Shown here: positions 36,796-47,288 of the stretch, piece after piece | Layout: each line of letters begins with the position of its first letter | Position numbering within the stretch: the stretch's first letter is position 1 | NCBI RefSeq assembly: GCF_963921235.1 | Contig: NC_086097.1 | Span: forward strand, 149,670,001 to 149,734,000 | DNA from: Mobula hypostoma | Lineage: Eukaryota | DNA: 64,000 bases | Reading direction: 5' to 3' | The notes under the pieces: generated by a model | Database searches by the model: none | Told to the model about the DNA's origin: nothing | What the model saw: the letters and a program-made list of their open reading frames with translations, nothing else | Translations under genes and position numbers: made by a program

Positions 36796-36994
36796 CTGCT
36801 AATCCAAGACAATCTAGGATCCTAAAAGGCAGTGTTTGAATGTCTTTCATTTTCATTGCTTCCTGAGGTTGAACTATGTCACAGTGACATAAAAAGAGGG
36901 TCATTGGGGAGCCCTCAATTTCTTAATCGAACACAGAGCAAAATTCACCCAATCTGTTCATTGCAAAATTTATCATTGCACTATTTCAAGTAAT

Positions 36995-37705
36995 ATAGAA
37001 ACATAGAAACATAGAAAATAGGTGCAGGAGTAGGCCATTTGGCCCTTCGAGCCTGCACCGCCATTTATTATGATCATGGCTGATCATCCAACTCAGAACC
37101 CAGCCTTCCCTCCATACCCCCTGACCCCTGTAGCCACAAGGGCCATATCTAACTTCCTTTTAAACATAGCTAATGAACTGGCCTCAACAGTTTGCTGTGG
37201 CAGAGAATTCCACAGATTCACCACTCTCTGTGTGAAGAAGTTTTTCCTAACCTCGGTCCTAAAAGGCTTCCCCTCTATCCTCAAACTGTGACCCCTCGTT
37301 CTAGACCTCCCCAACATCGGGAACAATCTTCCCGCATCTAGCCTGTCCAATCCCTTTAGGATCTTATACGTTTCAATCAGATCCCCCCTCAATCTTCTAA
37401 ATTCCAACGAGTACAAGCCCAGTTCATCCAGTCTTTCTTCATATGAAAGTCCTGCCATCCCAGGAATCAATCTGGTGAACCTTCTTTGTACTCCCTCTAT
37501 GGCAAGGATGTCTTTCCTCAGATTAGGGGACCAAAACTGCACACAATACTGCAGGTGTGGTCTCACCAAGGCCTTGTACAACTGCAGTAGTACCTCCCTG
37601 CACCTGTACTCGAATCCTCTTGCTATAAATGCCAGCATACCGTTCGCCTTTTTCACCGCCTGCTGTACCTGCATGCCCACTTTCAATGACTGGTGTATAA
37701 CGATG
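36995..37705 (-). mobile_element. Young 5'-truncated CR1 with an uninterrupted ORF2 C-terminus
   Basis: 197-aa open frame 37093-37686; intact (atagaaac)n tail; CpGs retained. Confidence 0.95.
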
Positions 37706-37767
37706 CTCTGTCCTCTTACTCACTCAAAACTCCACCAAAGGAAAATGAAATGGTCATTTTTGCTAGA

Positions 37768-38570
37768 GACACAAGAGGCTGCAGATGGTGGAATCTGAAG
37801 CAAGGATAAACTGCTGGAGAAACTCAGCCGGTCAGTTAACATCAGTGGAAAGAAATGGATATTTGGTGTTTCAGGTCAAGACCCTTCATCTGGACCCTAA
37901 CCAGCCCTTCCAAGTTTGTCAGACATTCACATACACCTCCTCCAATCTTGTTTATATATTTGGTGCATTGATATGGCCTCCTCTATATCAATGAACAAAT
38001 GCAGACTAGGCATACTAAGTACCTGCACTCTGTCCATCATGGCCATCTGAAATTCCTCATTTTAAGTTATTTTAATTCCCCTCCCCATCCCCACAGAGAC
38101 TTGTCTGTCTTCAGCCTCCTCCCTCTCTCACGACCTGATCTGCCCAGCGCCCTACACCCTGTTTCTTTCCCGGTCTCCACCCACTCTATCGGCTGATAAA
38201 TCACACATTCTATCCACTGGATCCCTTTCTACTGTCCGTATCCTCCCACTCCACTTTCCTTATTTGGTTCCATGTTCCACCTTCGTATCTATTAGAGTCC
38301 ATCACCTACAGCCCTTCCTTGTCTCCACCTATCAACTCTCAGTCTCTGTTGCTATTTCCATTCTTTTCTCCTCCATCTGGCTATCACCTCTCATCATGTG
38401 GATCAACCTATCATTTGCCAGCTCTTGCTTCACCCTTTCCTGTCACTTATTTTTTATTGGCTATCTCCCCTGTACTGTTCAATCCAGATGAAACATTTCT
38501 ATCTGAAACGTCAACTGCCCATTTCTCCACACACATGTTGCCTGACCCATTGAGTTCCTCCAGCAGTTCC
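37768..38570 (+). mobile_element. Penelope-like element remnant: inverted pLTR, GIY-YIG remnant, pLTR
   Basis: Minus-strand pLTR at about 37768-37897; FQVCQTFTYTSSNLVY...LY GIY-YIG remnant; plus-strand pLTR at about 38480-38570 (ccagatga...ctgaaacgtcaact...cctgacccattgagttcctccagca). Confidence 0.75.
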
Positions 38571-39424
38571 CAGCTGCTATGCTCAAAAAGTGAAGTTTTG
38601 AAATTTACTTCCATGGTATCGTTGATAGGCCACACCTGCCTTTTTACCTCCATATTAGTAAAAGTACATGAAGTAGAAGCACATGTGAGGGTATAGAAAT
38701 TATTTACAGGGATGATCTCAGAGACTACAGCTGAAAACTTTGAAATAATGCAACTTTTCCCTTCAGTAAAGGCATCAGTTAGTTTTCAAAGCTGTTAAAT
38801 ACAGGGAGAATGTTTCTTCATGGGAGATTCAGAGTTAGTGGCTCTTAGTGCAATCAAATTATATACCATGTTTGGGAACAGAGGATTTTTTAATGCAGAT
38901 AATTGTAAATTTAAAAAGGTTTATATTTAAATATTTTGTGGTTCCCGAGAATTTGCAAAAAGAAGAAGTTTGAATATCTGTGCTGTGGAATCAGTAGATC
39001 TATGCCAGAAAATCTACAGGAAGAGCTTTTTTCTTGCCAGGTTTTTCCAGGAATTGAGTTTGCCTGCAAGCGTCACCTCACCTGAAAATCTAGATCACAG
39101 GTCCAGGACAATACAGTGTGTTTGCCAACAGGTTATTTCAGGCCAAAATCACATCATGATCGACACAATGCTGGCCAAGTCTTTTCAGCAGGGATCTGAG
39201 TGTGGAACTAATTTAAAGACTCAGATGCACCCAACATTAAGTGCTGTGCTTAAACTCATCACAGATGTATTTAAAACCTCTGAAACTTCTAAAACTGAAA
39301 TTACTTATTTTTATGAACCTATATGACATGTATGATTGCATTTATTTTTAGCTGTGCTGGGATCAGGTCATTGCTCATAGAATGTAAGCTTACGATACTT
39401 GACCCATTTTAGCATCCGGTGTTA

Positions 39425-39880
39425 AGTGAGATCAAGTTTATTGTCAAGTGCTCAGATAGGGCGAGAGACAAGTATAATGGAAAACTTGCTTGCAGCAGTT
39501 TCATAGGCATGTAGACAACATATAAATTATACATATATTGTACAAGACAGTGAAGAGGGGGAGAAAAAGACTGAGAAAGAAAGAACTTTGTGGAAAAAAG
39601 ACACAATCAGAGACAAGTCCATTGTAGTTCAAAAGGAGAACTATAATGTTCCATTGCTGAGACAAGGATAGGGTTGTGCAGGTCAATTCTAGAACCTGAG
39701 AGTTGTAGGAAAGTAGCTGTTCCTGAGCCTAGTGGTGTGGGACTATAGCTCCCGGCTGAGGGTAACAGTGAGAAGCAGGTATTACCCTAGATGGCACCGA
39801 TGCTTGATGATAGATGCCACCTTCTTGAGGCCGCATCACCTGTAGATTCTGTGAAAGGCGGGGGAGAGCTGTGATGGACT
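39425..39880 (-). mobile_element. Rex1/Babar-like 3' fragment
   Basis: caagtttattgtcaag tail; agctgttcctgagcctagtggtgtggg; gatgccaccttcttgagg. Confidence 0.7.
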
Positions 39881-39904
39881 CGTCTCTGCAGTCTCTTGTG
39901 TTTA

Positions 39905-40370
39905 TAACATATAGGAGCAGAATCAGACCTGTCAGCACATTGAGTCTGCTCCACTTTTCCATCATGGCAGACCTCTAAACCAGGGGTCTCCAACCTGGTT
40001 TTTGCTTAATAGTATTGGTCCACAGCATAAAAAAAGTTTGGAAATCCTTGCTCCAAACCCCTTTCTCCTGCCTTCTCTGCATAACACTTCACACTCTTAC
40101 AAATCAAAAACCTATTAACCTCCACTTTAAATGTATTCAATGATTTGGCCTCAACAAATGTTTGTGGCAATTATTCCACTGATTCACTACCCTCTGGCTA
40201 AAAATAATTCTCCTCATCTCTGTTTTAAAGGGACATCCTTCTATTCTGAGGTTGTGCTCTCTGATCCGAGACTCCCCCACTATAGGAAATATCTTCTCCA
40301 AATCCACTCTATTTAGCCTTTTCTATATTTGATAGTTTTCAATGAGATCCCCCCCTCATTCTTATAAACT
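39905..40370 (-). mobile_element. CR1 3' fragment hosting a hAT MITE
   Basis: ataggagcagaatcagacc... ; similar to the reverse complement of 32470-32860. Confidence 0.85.
39981..40050. mobile_element. hAT mini-MITE (70 bp)
   Basis: TIRs caggggtctccaacc / gtttggaaatccttg. 8-bp TSD ctctaaac (39973-80) / ctccaaac (40051-58). Confidence 0.82.
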
Positions 40371-40445
40371 CGTGTGCATTGAAATTGCTATTCTACAACC
40401 ATGATGCAACAAGTCAGGATACTTTCAACACTCAAGTTCAATTTT

Positions 40446-40743
40446 ATTTTTAAGCTTATTTATCTATTAAGCTACCACACGGAGTAGACTCTTCTGGCCC
40501 TTCGAGCCACACTAACCAGTAATCCCTGATTTAATCTGAGCCTAATCACAGGACAATTTATGTTGATTAATTAAGCTACCAACTGGTATGTCTGTGGACT
40601 GTGGGAGGGAACTGGAGCTCCCGGAGGGAAACCATGCGGTCACGGGGAGAACGTACAGATTCCTTACAGGCAGCAGTGGGAATTGAACCTGGTTCGCTGG
40701 CACTGCAAAGCATTGTGCTAACCTCTACACTACCATGCCGCCC
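40446..40743 (-). mobile_element. Full-length tRNA-derived V-SINE (HE1-like)
   Basis: Minus strand: gggcggcatggtagtgtagaggttagc (A box), ggttcaattcc (B box), V-domain gttctccccgtgaccgcatggtttcc..., and a CR1-like 3' tail. Confidence 0.9.
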
Positions 40744-40744
40744 C

Positions 40745-41262
40745 AAAGTACAGGTTATTGTCATATGCATAAGTGCACGCATGCACAGTTGCGATGAAAA
40801 CTGTACTTGCAGCAGCATCACATGCACAAGGCATGATTTAATCAACATTCACAATAAAACCATAAGTTTAAATATGAATTGTACATGATTTTTACAAGAA
40901 AAAATGCAACTAAAACAAAACATTTTAGTGCAAAGAGATCAAAGCGGTCACAGTGCTGCCAAACTTTAATGAATAGGATTGTATCAGCTGGTTCAAGAAC
41001 TGAATGGTTGAAGGAAAGATTGGAGCCTGGTGATGTGGGACAGGCTTCTGTATTTCCTGTCTGATGGTAGTTATGAAAACTGTGCACCTGTGAGAGTTTG
41101 TCAGAATATTTAGCGACATAGCAATTTTCCTTAAGTTTCTAAGAAAGCAGAGGTGCTAGTGCGCCTTCTCCGTGATTACCTCTACGTGCTGGGCTACTTC
41201 ATTCAAGGTATTAACTCCCAGGAATTTGGAACTGCTTATTTCACCCCACCGCACCCAGTTGA
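40745..41262 (-). mobile_element. Rex1/Babar-like 3' fragment
   Basis: EISSSKFLGVNT...ITEKAH reading; gaaaactgtacttgcagcagcatcac 3'UTR motif. Confidence 0.7.
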
Positions 41263-41264
41263 TA

Positions 41265-42110
41265 TTGGTAACCATCACATCTTCCAACGTAGAGCGGTTC
41301 TTTCTACTTTGATTAACTGTGTGAAAACTATTTTGGACCCGAAGAGTCTCCCTGAGGAAACACGTGCATAAGAACAACATTCCTACAGAATGGCTACAAG
41401 GTGAAGGAAATCAATCGGTTGCTCAAAAGGGCTGACAGAAAAATCGGGAACCCTAACAACGAAGAGGAACCCATTGCTACCACCTGTCTTCCTTATATTT
41501 CCATGGTTTCAGGAAGGATCACCAGGAATACTAGATTAATACCATCCACAAACCTGTAAGGAAGCTCAAGTCACAATTTATGGGGGGGGAGTGTCAAAGA
41601 TGACCTGGGGCCTCAAGTCAGCTGGTGTTTACAGGATTCCCTGTGAATGTGGAGCAGCATATATTGGCCTGATGGGATGCACAGTGGAAACTCGCATCAA
41701 GGAGCACAAAGGTGTATCCATTTGGGTTACCTGGAGAAATCGGTGGTAGCAGAACACTGCATTTGCAGTAGCCATAGGATTGACTTCACAGGTGCAAAAC
41801 TACTGTGCTGTGCCAACGGCTTTTGGGACCACTTGGTAAAGGAAACTATTGAAATAAAATTAGAGGAAAAGAATTTTAACAAAGACGAAGGTCTCGCTCT
41901 GATTAAGAACTGAAATTCGATTGTAAACAAGGTGGGAGAGCAACAATCTGATTGGATGAGGACTAACCAGTCAGGAGGGCTGGACTACGGGTGTATAAAT
42001 ACCACTGGGCTAGACATACCCAGGCATCATCCGTGAAGATGATGGCAGAGTTAGTCATCGAATCATTGGTTATAATTGATACCTGTACAAAACCCGAGAA
42101 GAGTTTATTT
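41265..42110 (+). mobile_element. Penelope-like element 3' part (RT C-terminus, GIY-YIG endonuclease, pLTR), second family
   Basis: HH..QRRAVLSTLIN..KTI.DP.SLPEE, FLQNGY, AGVYRIPCECGAAYIG..G.TVETRIKEH, KSVVAEHC, KETIEIK...NFNKDEG. Decayed hammerhead-like motif at about 42030-42070. Confidence 0.85.
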
Positions 42111-42789
42111 AACAGTGGTTTCATTGGTGAATTTATACATGGTATAAAGTTGATGATGTAATAATAAAAAATTTGAAAAGTTAGGTGGGAGAAACTGCTT
42201 TGAGCGTGAGCAATGCTAATCGCTAGAGGACTTGTAATTGCCAAAAGGAGAGACTTACTTTTACTACATAAGTTCTGAGAATTCAGAACACATTGCTGCA
42301 AGGTGTTGTGAACCATTCATCAACAAGGAATGAGACATACCCTTGAAAAGGAAACACTTGCAGAATTATTTGTCAAGAGTAAATTAATAGAACTAGTTGG
42401 CAGCTATTTCAGAGAAGAGGAAAGGTTTAGTGTACCTACTCCCTCTTGCCTCAGCAACAGGCTCTTCAGACCACAACACCTGTGCCAAACGCCACGCCCT
42501 CCATTCCTTGCCTGTTCATGTGTCTGGCATATAGATAGTCTAAATGCATCTTTAAAACCTTGCTGTTGTATCTGCTGCCTCCTAATTCTCTGGCAGCTGG
42601 CTATGACACCTACCACTCTCAATGCAAAAACTTGCCTCTTAAATCTCTATTAAGCTTTCCCCTTCTTACCTTAAACCTGTACCCTCGAGTATTTGACATT
42701 TCCATCCTGGGAAGCAGACTCCACACTATCTATCCTATCTGTATCCCTCGTCAGTTGATATTATCAGTTTTAATGATAAATACAAAGAC

Positions 42790-45700
42790 ACCAGGATTCT
42801 TTGTTGCCTCCTGGATGCTACAGTCCATGATGTATCGGAGCGGCTACAGGATATTCTCAAGGGGGAGTGGGAACAGCCAAAGGTCATGGTGCATATTAGC
42901 ACCAATGACATAGGTAGTAAAGGGGAAGAGGTCCTATGCAGTTAGGGAAGAGGCTGAAGAGAAGGATCTCCAAGCTAGTAATCTTTGATTACTCCCTGTG
43001 CCCCAGGCTAGTGCAGGTAGGAGTGGGACAATAGCACGGATAAGTGAGTGGCTGAGGAGATGGTGCAGGGGACAGGGTTTCAAGTTCTTGGATCATTAGA
43101 ACCTTTTCTGGGGAGGGGGTGGCCTATTCAAGAGGGACAGTTTGCACCAGAACCGGAGGGGAATCAATATCCTGGCCAAGAGGTTTGCTGATGCTACTTG
43201 GGAGAGTTCAAACTGGTTTCGCAGAGGGCTGTGAATTGGAACCCCAGGTCAGCAAGGGAAGGATTGGACCAGAAAGTAGATGTCAGGGAATCATCTGCAG
43301 CTCAACATCAGTAAGACAAAGGAGATGGTGATGTGCTTTAGGAAGGATAAGCTTTCACTGCTCCCTGTTACTATTGATGGTGAGGATGTGGGGGTGGCGG
43401 GGACCTACAAATACCAGGGATTACACATGGATGACAGACTTGAGTGACACACTAATGCAGAGTGCTATATGAGGTCATTCTTACCCTCAGCCATTAGGCT
43501 CTATGATGAGTCAATTTATGGCCAGGGAAGTGATGATCCCCCACCTGTTAGTCTGTCTATGGTAATTTACTTTTTATTACTTCTCTTGTAATATCTGTGT
43601 ATCTCTGTACTTGTAATGTTACTAAGACACTGTAATTTCCTTTGGGATCAATAAAATATCTATCTATTGAAACTGGAACCTCCTTAGTGCAAGGGGTTTA
43701 AATGTGGCTTAATTTCTTCAATGTATCCAGGAAGGTTTCTTCAATCAATATGTGGACAGTCCAATGAGAGGAGAGGTCATACTGGACCTGGCGTTGGATA
43801 ATGAGCCTGGCCAGGTGACAGATCTTTCAGTCGGTGAACAGTTAGGGAAAAGTTATCATAATTCCTTAACTTTCAGGATAGTTATAGATAAGGATAGGTA
43901 TGGTCCTTGTGGGAGAGTTTTAAATTGGAGTAAGGCAAATTATGAGGGAATTAGGCAGAAACAAAGAAGCTTTAATTAAGAGCACCTTTTCTCTGGCAAG
44001 TCCAAATCAGACACGTGGAAAATGCTTAAAGATCAATTGTACAGAGTACATACAGCTAAGTTATGACCCGGTTAAAAGGAAGGATGGGGATGGAAAGCTA
44101 AGAGAACCTTGAATGTCCAGAGAGGGGATGAGTTCAGTCAAGAAGAAAGAGAAAAAGTATGTAAAGCTTTGGAAGTACCGATCAACTGAAGCACATGAGA
44201 GTATAAAGAAGCCAGAAAAAAAACTAAAAGATGGAATTTGAAATGCCAGGAGGGGCCATGAAAACTCCTTGGCGAGTAAGCTTAAGGCGAATCCCAAAGC
44301 ATTCTGTACATACATCAAGATTGATGGGGTAACTAGGGAGAGGCTGGGACCACTTAAGAATAAAGGGGGAAACATTTGGCTTGGATGTGGAGAGTGTGAG
44401 TGAGGTACTTAATGAGTACTTTGTTTCAGTATTTACCAAGGAAATGGATATGGAGGACCAGGAGATCACTGCTGAGTGTATAAATACATAATGACATTTA
44501 GAGGTCAAAGAGGAAGTGTTGGGCCTCCTAATGAGTATTAAAGTCCCCAGGACCTCATGGGATTTACCCCAGGTTACTGAGAGAGGCAAGAGATGAGAGA
44601 GGACTACCTTCAAGTCATCTCGAGCCACAGGCGTGGTCCTGGAGGACTAGTAAGTAATTAATGTTGTACTTTTATTTAAGAAGGGAACAAGGGAAAATCC
44701 TGGGAACTATAGACCAGTAAGTTTTACATCAGTTGTAGGGGAATTGCTGGAGACAATCCTTAGGGATAGGATATATAGGCATTTGGAAACCCGTGGGCTA
44801 ATTAGGAAGAGTCAGCATGGCTTTGTGTGCGGCAGGTTGTGCCTTACCAACTTGATAGAGTTTGTTTGAAAAGGTGACGAGAGATGGATGAAGGTAGGGC
44901 AGTGGATGTTGTCTACATGGATTTTAGTTAAGCATTTGACTAAGTCCCTTATGGGAGGTGAATTCAGAAGATTAAGGTACATAGGATCCACGGCAAAACG
45001 GCTGTTTGGATTCAGAACTGGCTTGAGCATAGAAAACAGGGTGGTGGTTGAAGCAATTTATTTGAGCTGGAGATCTGTAATCAATCGTCCACAAGGATCT
45101 GTGCTGGGGTCTCTGCTGTCTGTGATATATATAAATGACCTGGATGAAAATGTAGATGGGTAGGTTAGTAAGTTTGCAGACTGATAGCAAGATTGGTGGA
45201 GTTATGTATGGTTTACAAGACTGACAAAGAATACAGCATGATATGGATCAGTTCCAGATTTGGGCAAAGAAATGGCAGATGGCGTTTAACCCAGATAAAT
45301 CTGAAGTATTGCACCATGGTAGGGCAAATGCAAGGAGACACTACACTGTTAAGGAGAATATCCTTAACAGTGTCTCTGAGCAGAGAGATCTTGGGATCCT
45401 TCAAAGCAGCTATCCAGGTTGATAAGGTGGTTAAGGCGGCTTATGGAATGCTTGCTTTTATTAGTCAAGGCATTGAGTTCAAAAGTCAAGAGGTTATGGT
45501 GCAACTTTATAAAACTCTGGTTAGGCCACATCTGAAATATTGCATACAGATCTGGTCACCCCACTTTAGGAAGGATGTTGAGGCTTTGGAGAGGGTGCAG
45601 AAGAGGTTTACCAGGATGCTGCCTGGTTTAGAGGGCATGTGCTTTCATAAGCAGGTTGAACAAACTTGGGTTGTTTGCACTGGAGGATGAGGGGAGATCT

Positions 45701-46088
45701 GACAGCGGTTTTCAATGTTATGAGAGGCATAGATAGTGGACAGAGAGCATCTGTTTCCCAGGGTTGAAAAGTCTAATATTAGAGGGCATACATTGAAGGT
45801 GAGAGGGGGCAGATTCAAGGGGGATGTGAGGGGTAAGTTTTTTTTTACTGGGAAAATCATGGATGTCTGGAATGCACTGTCTAGTATGGAGGTAGAGGAA
45901 AATACACTGGAGGCTTTTAAGAGACGTTTAGATAAGCACATGGATGTAAGGAAGATGGAAGGATATGGGTGTGATGTACGTAGGAGGGATTAGTGTTTGG
46001 GTGTTTTAGATTTTCTTTTCAGCTGATTCGGCACATCATTGTGGGATGAATGGCCGATTCCTGTGCTGTACTGTCCTGTATTCTATGA
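42790..46088 (+). mobile_element. CR1 LINE (ORF1 esterase through 3' tail), decayed, interrupted by a Rex1 fragment
   Basis: GEWEQPKVMVHISTND esterase; ILDLALDNEPGQV; PQGSVLG..INDLDE; VRPHLKYCIQIWSP; 3'UTR. Confidence 0.9.
43290..43668 (+). mobile_element. Rex1/Babar-like 3' fragment within CR1
   Basis: LQLNISKTKEMVMCFRK...TYKY.G reading and aatttcctttgggatcaataaaatatctatct tail. Confidence 0.75.
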
Positions 46089-47288
46089 TGTTAAGTTTCT
46101 GATTTTTTTTTGGTGGGGGGTGAATTTTCTTGACATCATATTCTGCTAATAGTTGCTTAAGATTGTGAAGCTGTCACTAACCAAAGAGACCAAAGGACTA
46201 GTAGATCAGGTTGGCTTTTCTTGGTTCCTGGAAAGACACGGGCTGTGTGGGGTTTTAAATTTTAATTCTGTGGATCATTAATGCAAGTCTCTGATTTGCT
46301 AGAATAGCAACTATTAGTGGTTTATTAGCTGAGAAGGAATGGAAACAAAATAAAAATCCTTACAAAGTTGCAGTACAGTAAACAAAACAATTTTCCACTT
46401 GGAAGCAAGTATGATATCATAGAAATTTTCCCCATTCCTGGCTTTAGCTTGCATGGTACTCAGGCAAAGTGATGATTAATTAGTGTTTCCAAATATAAGT
46501 GACATGCACAGCATGAATGTTGTAAACACTGGAATACTGTCAGTATCAAACAACTACAGTCATCAGGGTTTGATAAAACCCTTCTGCCTTCCAACAAACG
46601 ATCCTGACATATGTATGCCTTAAACTTACCTCAAGCTTAAAGAAAGCTACAGATTTCCAAAATGTTTTACAAATTATGCATAAATGAAATGAGTGGTGTT
46701 ATTCAGGTGCCACTTTAGACACAGTAGAATCATGAACTTAAATTAGAAAATTTAGTACCATAGCGAGATCCCAGGTTTAACATAATAAGCAGAATGACTA
46801 CCACCTTATGGGCTGTCATCTGATCAATTTGCCTTTATTTAGATAGTCCCATATTTTAGGCCTCTTTACAAATTTATCACTGTGGATGCCATACCCTACC
46901 ACACTTATTCGGTCCATCTCTCAGTATCACACAGCTAAAAGTTTATTGATTTTTGTTAGCACATGGACTGCATTGCTTCCAGAAAAAAGCCTTTCCAAAG
47001 GGTAATAAGGAAAGGTCAATAGATAAGGGAACATCTGATGTTTAACAGTAACACATAACGTACATGGGCTGTAGAAGGTGCTGTGCTGAAGTTTCTGCAA
47101 AGTTGAAATGGGGCTGCCTTTCTCATTTCCAGCAGATAACTCAGTGTTTCATGAACACTAGCATGGACAGAAAATTGGTTGACTGGCAGGAGGCAGTGTG
47201 TCAGAATAAAGGGGGGGGGGGCGATGCTGCTGGTATCTAATGGTGTTCCACAGGGGTTGGTTTTGGGATCACTTCTTTTCACGTCTAT

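Noticed and set aside
38970..39326. 118-aa ORF in unique intronic DNA
   Set aside because: No homology recognised, no convincing splice signals, and TG exon order leaves no missing exon here.
40660..40743. tRNA gene
   Set aside because: The A and B boxes belong to the V-SINE head, and no complete cloverleaf is present.
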